From Paraphysomonas bandaiensis (lineage: Eukaryota > Protista > Chrysophyceae): 64,000 bases of DNA. Positions 1 to 10,340 of the stretch are shown piece after piece (position 1 is the stretch's first letter; each line of letters begins with the position of its first letter). The notes beneath the pieces were generated by a model that worked only from the letters and a program-made list of their open reading frames with translations, ran no database searches and was not told the DNA's origin. Location: the NCBI GenBank assembly GCA_965644295.1, contig CBFFRP010000455.1:43724-107723 (forward strand), written 5' to 3'. Both the position numbers and the translations under genes were made by a program.

Positions 1-125
1 ATATGAGTGTTTCTATATGTTATTATCATGTATATATAGTTCTATAGATAGAACCTCATCACTCTATCATCATATAGATAGATATAACCATCATTACTAT
101 AAGTTTCTATACTTTAATTCATTGA

Positions 126-3100
126 ATGATGAGAATGATCTTATTATTACTGTATATGATGGTATTCATAGGCTCATATACACATGGAGATGCATATGAT
201 GCATATACATACCATTCCCCTCGTTCATACAGGCCAAAACAATCATTTCGTGGTATCAATGAACTCAATCATTATATACAAGATGAAAGACGATATACAC
301 ATAGTTTAAATCATCATACAGGTGTACGTATGAACTATGATGTTACTGTACGTGAAGGTGTCTATCAAATCGATCACGATGAGAATATTATACATATTAA
401 CTGTATAAGTAATGAAACTATACATATTCATTCATTACATCCAAATCAATTACATCAAAATCTTATGGAAATGAAGTTTATTGTTGGAGATGATACATGG
501 GGATGTATTAGTGGTCGATACACTGATATGCGAGAAGAGCCTCTTTATCGCAGTATTGAAAGCTTATCTATGGATGGAAATATGGTGATTCTATCAACAT
601 TTATTGTGCCATTTACACATCTATTTGAACGAAGTAGTATTCGGCTATATATTCCGCCACTTGTCAACTCTGATAATGGTGGCATTCGTACAGAAGGAAA
701 AGATGATGATGAGTCCTGGTTCGCAAGATCAGAATCGGAGACCTTTAACTTTAATTACGACGAGAGTACAGGTCGAGCGGAGGATGGTTCTATCGATATC
801 CCGTACACATCCGGTACTTGTGTGTGCGAGCAATGTTACGCCTATTTCACGCCAGGGGTTACTTTCGAGATGGATATTGACTACGCTTACTATTCGTTCC
901 CGTATGTCGACTACTTAAAGATGCTGTTCACAGGAGAAGCTGAGATTAGTGCTTATGTTCGATTAACTGCACCCACGGAGGGAAAGAGCGACGAAATTGA
1001 ACTGTCAAGAGTGTTTAATATGGGTGCCTGGACTTTTAATGTTGGTATTGTACCACTCGTTATTATTCCTAGATTTCAGCTCCTAGCGCAATTCGAAGTT
1101 GTCGAGTCCACATTAGACGCCTCTTTGTTCGGCGGCTATACTGCATCAGCGAGTGTTGAATACGGCATTGAGATTGCTGATTCGGATGGAGAAGTCAACG
1201 TGATTGAAAGTGACTCTTGGTCGTACAGCGGTACTCCTCTCTCGTTGTCGTCTTCCAAGAGCGGTGGCACCTTCAATCCACGCATCTATATCATCCCCCG
1301 CTTGTACATGTCTCCCTATGGAATTATTGACTTCTATGTGGACCCGAAGCCTTATTTGGGTGTAGAGATATGGGACGCTGCCTCGGGTGAGCCAGATAAT
1401 TCTAACCCAGGTAGTAGCAGCGTTTACGACTACAATACTGCAGATAAACCATCCAGACCTTCCAACCCTCCTACTCTTGTATCAGTTACCCAGGGTACTA
1501 TCCTGCTTGCTCTTACCGCACCGGCATCAGATTACGAGATCACTAGTTACGAAGTCAAATACACCTGTGGTAGCTGTTGGTATGCGGATTCATTTACACT
1601 TAGCTCTATAGGATTTTTTGAGCGCTGGTCTACAACCACTGCGGAATATCCCAACATAGAACCTATATGGGTAGTGGATTTAGCTATCCAGATTGAAGAT
1701 ACGCAGTACGATTCTAATGAAATCCTTTGTGCTGATAAATGTAGGGCGTATGATAGTTGTGTACTTTTCACCTTCATCAAGAGCTATAATTATCGCTGTA
1801 TGTTGTACGATACTACTGACCCTGGAAATAAATACGGGGAGAGTTACAAGTGGGGTGATTTATACGGAGATGCCCTGACGTACGAGTTGTTGGGCAATGA
1901 CGACAGTGGTCGCACTTATTATGAACTTCGAGATGGAGATCTTCTGGGATTTACTGCTGAGGGAGATAATGAATCTGAAGAGACGATTCATATTGATGTG
2001 AGCGACAATGACTACGAAATTTGGTACCGTGCATATAGTGCCAGAGGATTTAGCGAATGGAGCGATGAACTGGATGTGGAATTGCAGCTTGACGGATCCT
2101 TATCACTACTGTACAACTACAAAACGTTGAGAGTGCATATTACAACGAATATTGCTGTTGGCGAAACGATTATGGTTAACGTGTATGAGAACCATTATTC
2201 TGATAACAATCTTTACGGCATCGATTATGTCTATCAGGGAAACTCTTATCTAGATCTGGATATGACTACTGTATACAGTAATGATCCTGTTTATGCTATC
2301 GATGGTAATACTCAAGAGGTATACGTGAAGTTTGAGTATGGAGATTTTTCAAAGTCAACAAGTCAAATTACTTACTATCCAGTCAGTTCTTTAGAGTATT
2401 TTACCACCACCACGACTAAACTTAAGTTTGAGTTTTACGCAGATCCTGCGTTAGTCTCGGAAATTAAAATATACTCAAACACCGGGTGGATGTATCCTCT
2501 AACCCCTGTTACCTTCACCTTTGACCCTCTCAGTAGTTACTGCGACAGCAGTCATTTTTGTACTGTTTCTTGTACCTGGTATAATGACCACAATAAGTGG
2601 TCAGTAGATGCGTACGATGTTGATGGCAATAAGGCAGATATAACTTTTTTCGAGTATGAATTAGGTGCTTCAGCTCTTACTCTGCGTGATCGTGAAAGCA
2701 ATGGAGGAGTAATTAGTGGTGGTTCTACTCCAGTGCGACGATTTACAACAGAATCAGATTCCCAGGCTCTTCGTAACAATAAAGTGCGTACTGAACATGG
2801 TCCAGCATCGTCGGGACATTCAGTTCCTACATCGTTTGGTACAAAGCAGTCCAAGAGCTCATTGTTTCCATTCTTGAGTGAAGATGCGTCATCTACTTAT
2901 ACGTCGAGTATGTCTCGAGCATCCACGCTCGATTCACGAGGGAGGTCATATAAGCATCAGCAGATTAAAGGATTTCGCCTGGTCGGGAACGGCAAATCTA
3001 ATAATTCACTTTCAAGTGAAAATGTACACAATGGACGACAACTGGCAAGTGATACTTGTGCTTCCTCTGTCAATGGACTGAGCTACAGTTTCTACTTTGG

Positions 3101-6053
3101 ACTTGTTGTCCAGGTTGGCATGGCAGAAGTCTCTGTGCCATACTTAGGCCTAGTTGTATTTGAATCCATGCAATCCCCTCAGTTTTCGATCTATGCCCCG
3201 ACATACTATACCTCAACATTTGGGAATGGATGTATGGAATTTCCTGAACAAAAACCTCAAATTGTTGTCGCCAGCCCGAAACATGGTGACAAGTGGGGTG
3301 TTCCGAGTGACTGGCATGTGGTGGAGTGGGACCACTGGTCAATAGATGACTACGCCTCTGTTAGTGTGTGTTTCTATCAGTACTTGACGAACACCTACCT
3401 GTTTTGTGGTAACACTGCAGCGTCTGGATCGTATGAAATCAGCTTGAGCTCTGATTACTTCAGTGTTGGTTCTCAGTACTATGTCAAAGTGTCTACCTCT
3501 GACGGTGTTGTGGGTCAGTCTGATTATTTCACTGCTGTTTACCCCAGTGAAGATCCCGAAGTAGGAGACGAGCTTACACTTTCCGAAATGCCGAAGAATG
3601 ACATAGTTGTTGAGTTCTCTGGGCTGATGCTTCAGACGGGTTCTCTATCATTTTCATTGCTGGACGGTACCAAGTGTCAAGCTCATTATAAGAATTTCCC
3701 TTTGAATGTGCTCTGTGAAGCAGTTGTCGGTATTGATGTGGACAGTAATACGGTGCTATCGTTCACGGTGTTTGCCGGTGCCTATATCGAAGATCTTTCG
3801 CAATTGACAGCTGCTGGCATGGACATGACATGGGGTGTGACGTTTCCGGAGTTCGATTTTCCAAGTGGATCTGACTCCACGGTTGATTATTTCTTCGAGC
3901 AACTGGCAGGCATAGCGCTTACTTCTTCTTCGACCTTTCCTGGGTCAGAAGGGGTGGATATGTTAAAGATTAATGTTGGAGAGGACAATGAATTGTGTTT
4001 GCGAGACTTGATGGAATATTTACTGAACGACAATGACGATGTGACTTCAGACATCGAGAATGCAGTGAATCGTGTTACCTCGTTTCTTGACATTCTGGGG
4101 ATGAGTTTGTGCCTAAATGCCAACATCGCTAGTATTGACAGCGAGAATCAGGGAATCGAGATCGATTTGACTCTTGACTTTACCGTATTTGACAAAGATG
4201 AAATGTCATGGGAAAAATATTTTGATTCTATTGAAAACGACAAGTTCCAGACGTTTCTTATGTTATCTGGGTCGTTTTCTGAGGACATGAGTGCTGCAGT
4301 TTTTGACCAAATACTGGAGCTCCTTGATCTGTCGTCCAGTGTGTCATATTCTTTTGATATTGGATCAAAACTTGTCGATCTTTACGAGAGTTACTCCGCG
4401 TCAGATGGTAGACGACTGACTTCTGATGATGTAGCGTTTGTTGATTCGTCAGGAACATTTTTGCTTGGTAGTGCTGCAACCGGTGGTGCCAATCTGAATC
4501 CAACGTCCGACCCAACAATACGTGCGACAGACAAACCGACTCCTGAGCCGACCTATCAGCGTACAGCTCACCCAACCTTACTGGGATGCGATTCGCCTTA
4601 TGTTGGGGATGGTTATTGCGATGATTCAGCCAACAACGAGGTGTGTGCTTGGGACGGAGGGGACTGCTGTGAAAATACGTGTGTGCCAACACCATTATAT
4701 TCGTGCGGGTTTAATGGTTACGACTGCAAGGTTACGGTACCTACTCCTACATTTAAGCCTACAGTCTCACCCACGGCTTTACCCACCAAAATGCCAACAT
4801 ATCAACCAACCATTCGACCAACTCCCAGCCCTACTTTTTATCCCACGCTAAAGCCCACGATGTCTCCCTACCCCACCATGACAGATTGCAATGTTAATTT
4901 CAGGGAAAATGTCGGAGACGGATTTTGCGATAAAGTTGGTGGATATAACACCGCGGAATGTAACTGGGATGGTGGGGATTGTTGCGATTCGACGTGTTTA
5001 TACGGAAGAAAATACACATGTGGTAGCAATGGGTACAATTGTATCGCATTTAACCCAACGTTAGCGCCAACTTCTTCTGTTCCAACCACTCTTCCACCCA
5101 AACCAATTACTGACTCTCCTACGCTGTTTCCGACCGACGCGCCGTTGTCGTCCCCAACCCCACGACCCACACCCGAACATATCCCATTGGCGGTAACATT
5201 GTACTTTGACGCTATGGAGACTATTACTGGTCTATCGGCGGATGATTTCGATGATGCCGCGCAACTGTCTTTCCGTATGACCACCGCTGATGCAATGCGT
5301 AATTTGACCTACGACATGATCGACATCGACAGTATTGTTGACAACAGTAATTCGACGACAGGGCATGCTACACTTTCTTCCCGGCGTGTAGAACTGATTA
5401 ATGGACGACTTTTAAGTAGCATTGTTTCTTGTAATATATCATACACAGTGACAACGTTAATGGACGACTTTTCTGGGTACAGTGACTCGAGTGATTTAGC
5501 TATCGACATACAACAAGCTATAAATGACCAGTATATTGATCCTTCTACAGCGCCAGAGTTTGTTTCCACTGCTGTATCATTGGGCTCGACAACAATATCT
5601 CCTTCGGCTACGGCATCGTTTTCTGTAGCCGAGTTTGGAGACACCTTCACTATCATTGGTACTTATAGTCCCACACCCGTTGGAGACACAAATACACATA
5701 AAAACGATGGAGGTCGAGGTAGAAACGGGGATGATTTTACTCTTGTGATTGTGTCTGTGACTGTCGCATTGGTAGTGCTGTTTGGAATGGCTGGAGGGTA
5801 CTGGTATTTTAAGATAAGAGGTAAGTCTCTAAATCGTGAGACTGAAAATGAAACACCTTCTGTTCCTGTCAATGAGACCTCATCAAACATTGAGCTAAAA
5901 ACTGTGCCTGAGTCAACCGAGTTTGTTAATCCAATTTTCGATGAAAGGCGTTTGCCGAGTGACTTGGAGGTTGGTGGTAATGATGACACGCCTTCGGAGA
6001 AAATCTTTCAAGCAAATGAAACTGCTGGATGTAAAGAAGAAGCGGTTTATTAA
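126..6053 (+). CDS. Large single-pass type I membrane/surface protein (signal peptide, split FN3 with PAN/apple-like insert, two LNR-like Cys modules, PT/TPSPT repeats, C-terminal TM)
   Basis: 1975-aa ORF. Hydrophobic N-terminus; KPSRP...ITSYEVKY and YEIWYRAYSARGFSEWS (FN3 halves); CADKCRAYDSCVLFTF (PAN/apple-like); two GDG(Y/F)CD...C.WDGGDCC modules; Pro/Thr repeats; TM LVIVSVTVALVVLFGMAGGYWYF followed by KIR. Confidence 0.9.
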   Translation: MMRMILLLLYMMVFIGSYTHGDAYDAYTYHSPRSYRPKQSFRGINELNHYIQDERRYTHSLNHHTGVRMNYDVTVREGVYQIDHDENIIHINCISNETIHIHSLHPNQLHQNLMEMKFIVGDDTWGCISGRYTDMREEPLYRSIESLSMDGNMVILSTFIVPFTHLFERSSIRLYIPPLVNSDNGGIRTEGKDDDESWFARSESETFNFNYDESTGRAEDGSIDIPYTSGTCVCEQCYAYFTPGVTFEMDIDYAYYSFPYVDYLKMLFTGEAEISAYVRLTAPTEGKSDEIELSRVFNMGAWTFNVGIVPLVIIPRFQLLAQFEVVESTLDASLFGGYTASASVEYGIEIADSDGEVNVIESDSWSYSGTPLSLSSSKSGGTFNPRIYIIPRLYMSPYGIIDFYVDPKPYLGVEIWDAASGEPDNSNPGSSSVYDYNTADKPSRPSNPPTLVSVTQGTILLALTAPASDYEITSYEVKYTCGSCWYADSFTLSSIGFFERWSTTTAEYPNIEPIWVVDLAIQIEDTQYDSNEILCADKCRAYDSCVLFTFIKSYNYRCMLYDTTDPGNKYGESYKWGDLYGDALTYELLGNDDSGRTYYELRDGDLLGFTAEGDNESEETIHIDVSDNDYEIWYRAYSARGFSEWSDELDVELQLDGSLSLLYNYKTLRVHITTNIAVGETIMVNVYENHYSDNNLYGIDYVYQGNSYLDLDMTTVYSNDPVYAIDGNTQEVYVKFEYGDFSKSTSQITYYPVSSLEYFTTTTTKLKFEFYADPALVSEIKIYSNTGWMYPLTPVTFTFDPLSSYCDSSHFCTVSCTWYNDHNKWSVDAYDVDGNKADITFFEYELGASALTLRDRESNGGVISGGSTPVRRFTTESDSQALRNNKVRTEHGPASSGHSVPTSFGTKQSKSSLFPFLSEDASSTYTSSMSRASTLDSRGRSYKHQQIKGFRLVGNGKSNNSLSSENVHNGRQLASDTCASSVNGLSYSFYFGLVVQVGMAEVSVPYLGLVVFESMQSPQFSIYAPTYYTSTFGNGCMEFPEQKPQIVVASPKHGDKWGVPSDWHVVEWDHWSIDDYASVSVCFYQYLTNTYLFCGNTAASGSYEISLSSDYFSVGSQYYVKVSTSDGVVGQSDYFTAVYPSEDPEVGDELTLSEMPKNDIVVEFSGLMLQTGSLSFSLLDGTKCQAHYKNFPLNVLCEAVVGIDVDSNTVLSFTVFAGAYIEDLSQLTAAGMDMTWGVTFPEFDFPSGSDSTVDYFFEQLAGIALTSSSTFPGSEGVDMLKINVGEDNELCLRDLMEYLLNDNDDVTSDIENAVNRVTSFLDILGMSLCLNANIASIDSENQGIEIDLTLDFTVFDKDEMSWEKYFDSIENDKFQTFLMLSGSFSEDMSAAVFDQILELLDLSSSVSYSFDIGSKLVDLYESYSASDGRRLTSDDVAFVDSSGTFLLGSAATGGANLNPTSDPTIRATDKPTPEPTYQRTAHPTLLGCDSPYVGDGYCDDSANNEVCAWDGGDCCENTCVPTPLYSCGFNGYDCKVTVPTPTFKPTVSPTALPTKMPTYQPTIRPTPSPTFYPTLKPTMSPYPTMTDCNVNFRENVGDGFCDKVGGYNTAECNWDGGDCCDSTCLYGRKYTCGSNGYNCIAFNPTLAPTSSVPTTLPPKPITDSPTLFPTDAPLSSPTPRPTPEHIPLAVTLYFDAMETITGLSADDFDDAAQLSFRMTTADAMRNLTYDMIDIDSIVDNSNSTTGHATLSSRRVELINGRLLSSIVSCNISYTVTTLMDDFSGYSDSSDLAIDIQQAINDQYIDPSTAPEFVSTAVSLGSTTISPSATASFSVAEFGDTFTIIGTYSPTPVGDTNTHKNDGGRGRNGDDFTLVIVSVTVALVVLFGMAGGYWYFKIRGKSLNRETENETPSVPVNETSSNIELKTVPESTEFVNPIFDERRLPSDLEVGGNDDTPSEKIFQANETAGCKEEAVY

Positions 6054-6599
6054 AAACTCAACCGCAAGTTATTTATGTGCACTGAAGGATATATAAGAAT
6101 AGCCACGTTTGACAGTTTGTGATTAGCTAGTTATGACTATCATCTGTGACGATTCTAATATGCGTCATTTTACTGGAAATGTGAGTTGTAGGTAGAATAT
6201 ATGAAAGATATAATGTTATAAAATTTAGACCCCATATATGGTGCAGGAGAAGGTTAGATTGAGAAATATATATTATGTAGTGGTGTACCTGTGTATACGA
6301 GATTCATTCATGCAAGATTATACACTTCTATCGATGAAACATGACTCTTACCAGAAGCTATTGCAGTAGATATCGAAAATTGAAGCAGTGTAACTGATTC
6401 CTATACAGATACACTTTACTTTCATAGCCTATATGCCTATATGAGATTACGAGAGCCCCACGCATTCCAGGGGAGGAGAGGGCTCGGCCAATGCCACGCT
6501 AGGCCTATACTGAGGAGTCACGCATGGTCACGAGAAACTCCACATAATCTTTGTTTGGAAAAATAAAAACGGTTCTACTAGAAATTGCGCGAATTACAT

Positions 6600-7390
6600 A
6601 TTATTAGGATCCTTCTTACTATAAAATGTGTCAGTTATGATGTTCAATGAACTATATCATGAACTGAATTAGAGAGAGCATCTGTTGAAGGTACGTGATC
6701 ATCATCACGATCGTCATTATTTGTCAGTTATACTTGTAACTATTCCGTTGTGTGTGATGGTTACGTTCTGCATTATTATTCACTTTTTCTATATTGCTGT
6801 GTTCATCACTACTTCACACTCTAATAAAACCACAACTTTCTTCTTATACTACCCTCAACAAAGTCGGACTCGCACCTTTTCGTGGTGTTCTGGGGGATAA
6901 GTACCGAGAAATTATCTCTGGGAAACTAACGTGAGCCACAAACATAGTCAGCAGATATTGTTCTGCCCACTCATAGCCGAATTCTTGTGTGGAACAAGGA
7001 ACACCAATAAGTGTCACTTGTGTAGACGTCTTTGGGCCTTGACGAATAAAATGGCACCCGGGAATGGGTCCACCTCAAGGGCATCCGGGACAGGGCCCAC
7101 CTGAAGGGTAACCGGGGTATTGGACTGCCTGCTGAATTCAAGCATCCGAGATGTTCACCTTAAGAACTCAGAGCGGAAGTGGTCGCACCTTGGTGCTTGC
7201 GGCGACGCACAAGCAGCTTCCGTAGCGTTAAATAGTAGGATAAAAAAAGTGTGTACTGATTAGTTGCAGGTAGAAGTCTAACTAGTTTGTCTAGCATTCA
7301 TCTAGCTACTAAGTTGGTGCAGGTTTTTAACGCCTATTGCTAATAATAATAAGACTTTCAATATACTATTACTAACCTTAAATCTGCATT
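6600..7390 (+). repeat. Dispersed repeat family D, copy interrupted by the short retroelement at 6852-7364
   Basis: TTGTCAGTTATACT...CCGTTGTGTGTGAT...CTCTAATAA matches 11310-11455 and 25129-25210. The family continuation ACTATTACTAA.CTTAA resumes after 7364. Confidence 0.75.
6852..7364 (+). mobile_element. Short non-autonomous retroelement (SINE/SIDE-like), full-length copy A
   Basis: Matches 41433-41928 (-) and 54831-55272 (+). Its last ~190 nt match the 3' end of the LINE fragment at 28728-28920. Flanked by TATACTA at 6845-6851 and 7362-7368 (TSD-like). Confidence 0.8.
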
Positions 7391-8399
7391 CATATATAGG
7401 TCATGCATAGCTTTGAGAAATCCCGCGTAACCTTAGCGAAGGTGAACACGGGGATGCGGCAACAGAATCTGCGCAATATATGCGGTCAGCTACTTTGGTG
7501 CACGGGTAGGCGGGCGGTAGAATCAGTGCTATATCTCGGAGTTATATGTGGTATATACCAGCCAGCCTACTACCTACACTATGGCCACGCCCTCGGAATG
7601 GGGCACCCCTCACCCCCTGTCCAAATCTATACCATTCAGCCTGTACGCGCAACCGTATTCTGGATTACAGCCAGGATTACAACTTTTTAATTCCGGATGC
7701 CAAGCTACAATCTTCGGAAAAGCGGATTACCTCGACCATATATTTATGATATCTGTATAGAATACTACGATTTTACGAATACACTATTTTTCGGCATTGT
7801 TTTACCGTTTGGCCGCTATGGCCATTCAAACATATTGACATATAACACCAATGTCCATAAACTACAAGAACAAAGAACTTAGAACAAACAAAGAACAATG
7901 GATATTATTTGAGAACAAAGTGATTTCAGAGATGAGATTGCACTGCTAACCAAGCATATGCGGTTAATGGATCTTAAACTTAGAAAAGTACATGGCCCAT
8001 GTGCTTCTTAACATAAACAGCCGAACTGGTGTGTATTATGACCCTCCACAATATTACTCGTTTGCACACGGTAATGAACATCGAAGTGCTCTTTAAAACA
8101 TGTAACCCTTTACCGGAAATAGAGATTGTGTTTATGTAAACGCTCGAGGGATTCAAGAGGAAGGTTTCTGGCCTTAAGCAGCGCGGCTTGTTACCTTCAC
8201 GATAAGGCAAGACTGCAATGACCTTGAAAGGGATATATTTCTTGCAGAGATAGCTGCTAAACAGGACCGTGACTTTGGACTTTAAACATTTTGTTTGCCC
8301 TATTTATTGCTATGCTGGAACTCGATCGCAAAATCTGTAAGTGGTAAGTGCTGCACATACAATGTACGATCATATATCTAGATGCAATGACCATTAATA

Positions 8400-9200
8400 T
8401 TTCCAACCCGAAGAATGATCAAGAGGGAAGCAATTGATAATGATAAATCCAAAGAACCCTATAATATGTCCCATTTTGGTTTTATCAGCATGGGTATTGC
8501 TCAAGGCTGCATCGTGAAGGCTCTGATAGGCACACACAGAAAGGAAGAGGGGCAACAGAGCGAGACTCTCCTTTCGTTTTACTCTATTTTAAATAATAAT
8601 ATTTATAATGCTATACTTTAAATAATAATATTCTGCCTGGCTTCTCATCATTCTATCCTTTAGAGTGACTTTGCCATATCTACTTGCTTCGCTGGCATAC
8701 CATCATGACTGGCAATTAGAAACACTTTCATATTAAATCATCCTTTCTTTCTCCAAAGGGTTTGGACAAGTGGTATTCTACAACATCTACGACCGAATGT
8801 ATTAACTGGTGTGTTTCGTAATGATGTGTCAAGAATGAATGCAACTCGTGTTCCACCCAATGTGAATCTAGCTAATAGCATTTCGTCGTTGGGAGAAAAT
8901 GTTGGGAAATTGTCTAGTGATATAATTTTAGCAGATATTAGAACAAGTTGTACATCACAGAATGCAGAGCGAATTCCTACACAAGACGAACAATCCACAT
9001 CACGAGAGAATGCTACATTGTGCATATGGGGAAGGCACCATCATTTATTTCCAGAGGGTTTTAGTTATTTAGAACTATTTTTGTATGACTATATTCGCGT
9101 TCATCTTGATGATATGCGCATGGAGGATTGTCATATACAGCATTCTACGATTACATGTAAGATCGCCAGAGGAATGAGCGTCAATGGCATGCAATGGAGC
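8400..9200 (+). pseudogene. Decayed Crypton-like tyrosine-recombinase element fragment
   Basis: Broken frames give IGTH..(R)GAT (YR box II-like GTHSxRKG), LPYLLASLAYHHDW..HPF, ATRVPPNV and IWGRHHHLFPEGF, which resemble stramenopile Crypton/Ndc10-like proteins. Stops and frameshifts are present. Confidence 0.5.
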
Positions 9201-9369
9201 TAAAGATAGAAGATAATAGACTTGTATGTATGTGAAGGGGGTCTGTGAGATTCTTCACAGTCATCATCATGCATTAGTGGAGGGATTGATGAGAATATGA
9301 CGGTAAAGGAGTTCGATATCAACTTGTGGTGGGTAGCTAAATCATCTTGTTGTTTCATGGCACTCTATG

Positions 9370-9522
9370 CGTATTGACATCCTTTGTATATTTTTGTTCC
9401 AAGATGCCTCTAATATTGAGACAATAATTATCTGTATTCCAGCTGTAGTTGTATTGAAGTAATATAGAGAATTTTTGATTCAATTTATTCCCGAAAAAAT
9501 AAGATGCTGTCTGCCCATACGA
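9370..9522 (-). mobile_element. MITE-like family B, copy 1
   Basis: Reverse complement of the ~145-bp element at 32577-32720 (GCATCTT.TTTTTCGG...CTGGAATACAGATAATT.TTGTCTCAATATTAGAGGCATC). Confidence 0.8.
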
Positions 9523-9913
9523 TGGACAGATACAGTAACATATAGAGATGTACGTTAGTTGACATACACACACACAGCAAGAAGTCACCATCATACAACA
9601 GCACTATACACATAAAATACACACACTACCGTACTGTTCGACTACTGTATATAGGATGATATCTGCTGATGATGACTTCTAGCCGTTTCGTTCATATCAT
9701 ACACATACGTATCATACATACATATACACACATACACATACAGCAGTGTCCATAGCATCCATCTGCATGCATCATATACATACATGCACAGCACAGTGCC
9801 TAGAGGAGTTCACAACACTCCTCTAACCCCATATATATAATAATTAAACAGTCATTAATAGCTGTGACAGTGCACATAGCATACTGTTAATCTAAACCCT
9901 AGTAACACTAGAT

Positions 9914-10340
9914 ATGGCAGCAACCACACAAGTTGAAATTAGTGAACATGATTACCGCAAACTCATATCAAAAGCCCTCACAAGAGTGAGTATCATATAC
10001 ACATATATACCTAATGTATCTTATCTATTGCACAGAGTGTTGATATGAGTATGGAGATGTCAATGGAATCTATGGAAATTATTACTATGGCAGTTGACAA
10101 ACACGCAGCTACAAAAAACTATGAGGTAATTACATCTATTTGGCGACACGATATAGTAACAGTCATATATCATATACACAGGCGGCAGCTCAACTAATCA
10201 AGACAACTATGGATAAAAAGTTTGGGGCAGCATGGCATTGTGTTATTGGCGAAGGGTTTGGCTTTGAAATAACATATCAAGCGAAGAATATGGTGTATGT
10301 GTATTATGGTTCGATCGGCATTTTGGCGTACAAGTGCTAA
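9914..10340 (+). CDS. DNAL4: Dynein light chain, axonemal LC4 type; exons 9914-9985, 10036-10125, 10182-10340
   Basis: Spliced translation MAATTQVEISEHDYRKLISKALTR|SVDMSMEMSMESMEIITMAVDKH...NYE|AAAQLIKTTMDKKFGAAWHCVIGEGFGFEITYQ. Canonical GT-AG introns. Confidence 0.9.

Noticed and set aside
6505-6545. Hammerhead-like CTGAGGA...GAAAC
   Set aside because: Stem II is a direct repeat (GTCAC..GTCAC) rather than complementary, and I could not form stems I/III with a valid NUH site.
7400-7900. Overlapping short ORFs downstream of retroelement copy A
   Set aside because: No recognisable motif or consistent splice model; possibly decayed TE sequence.
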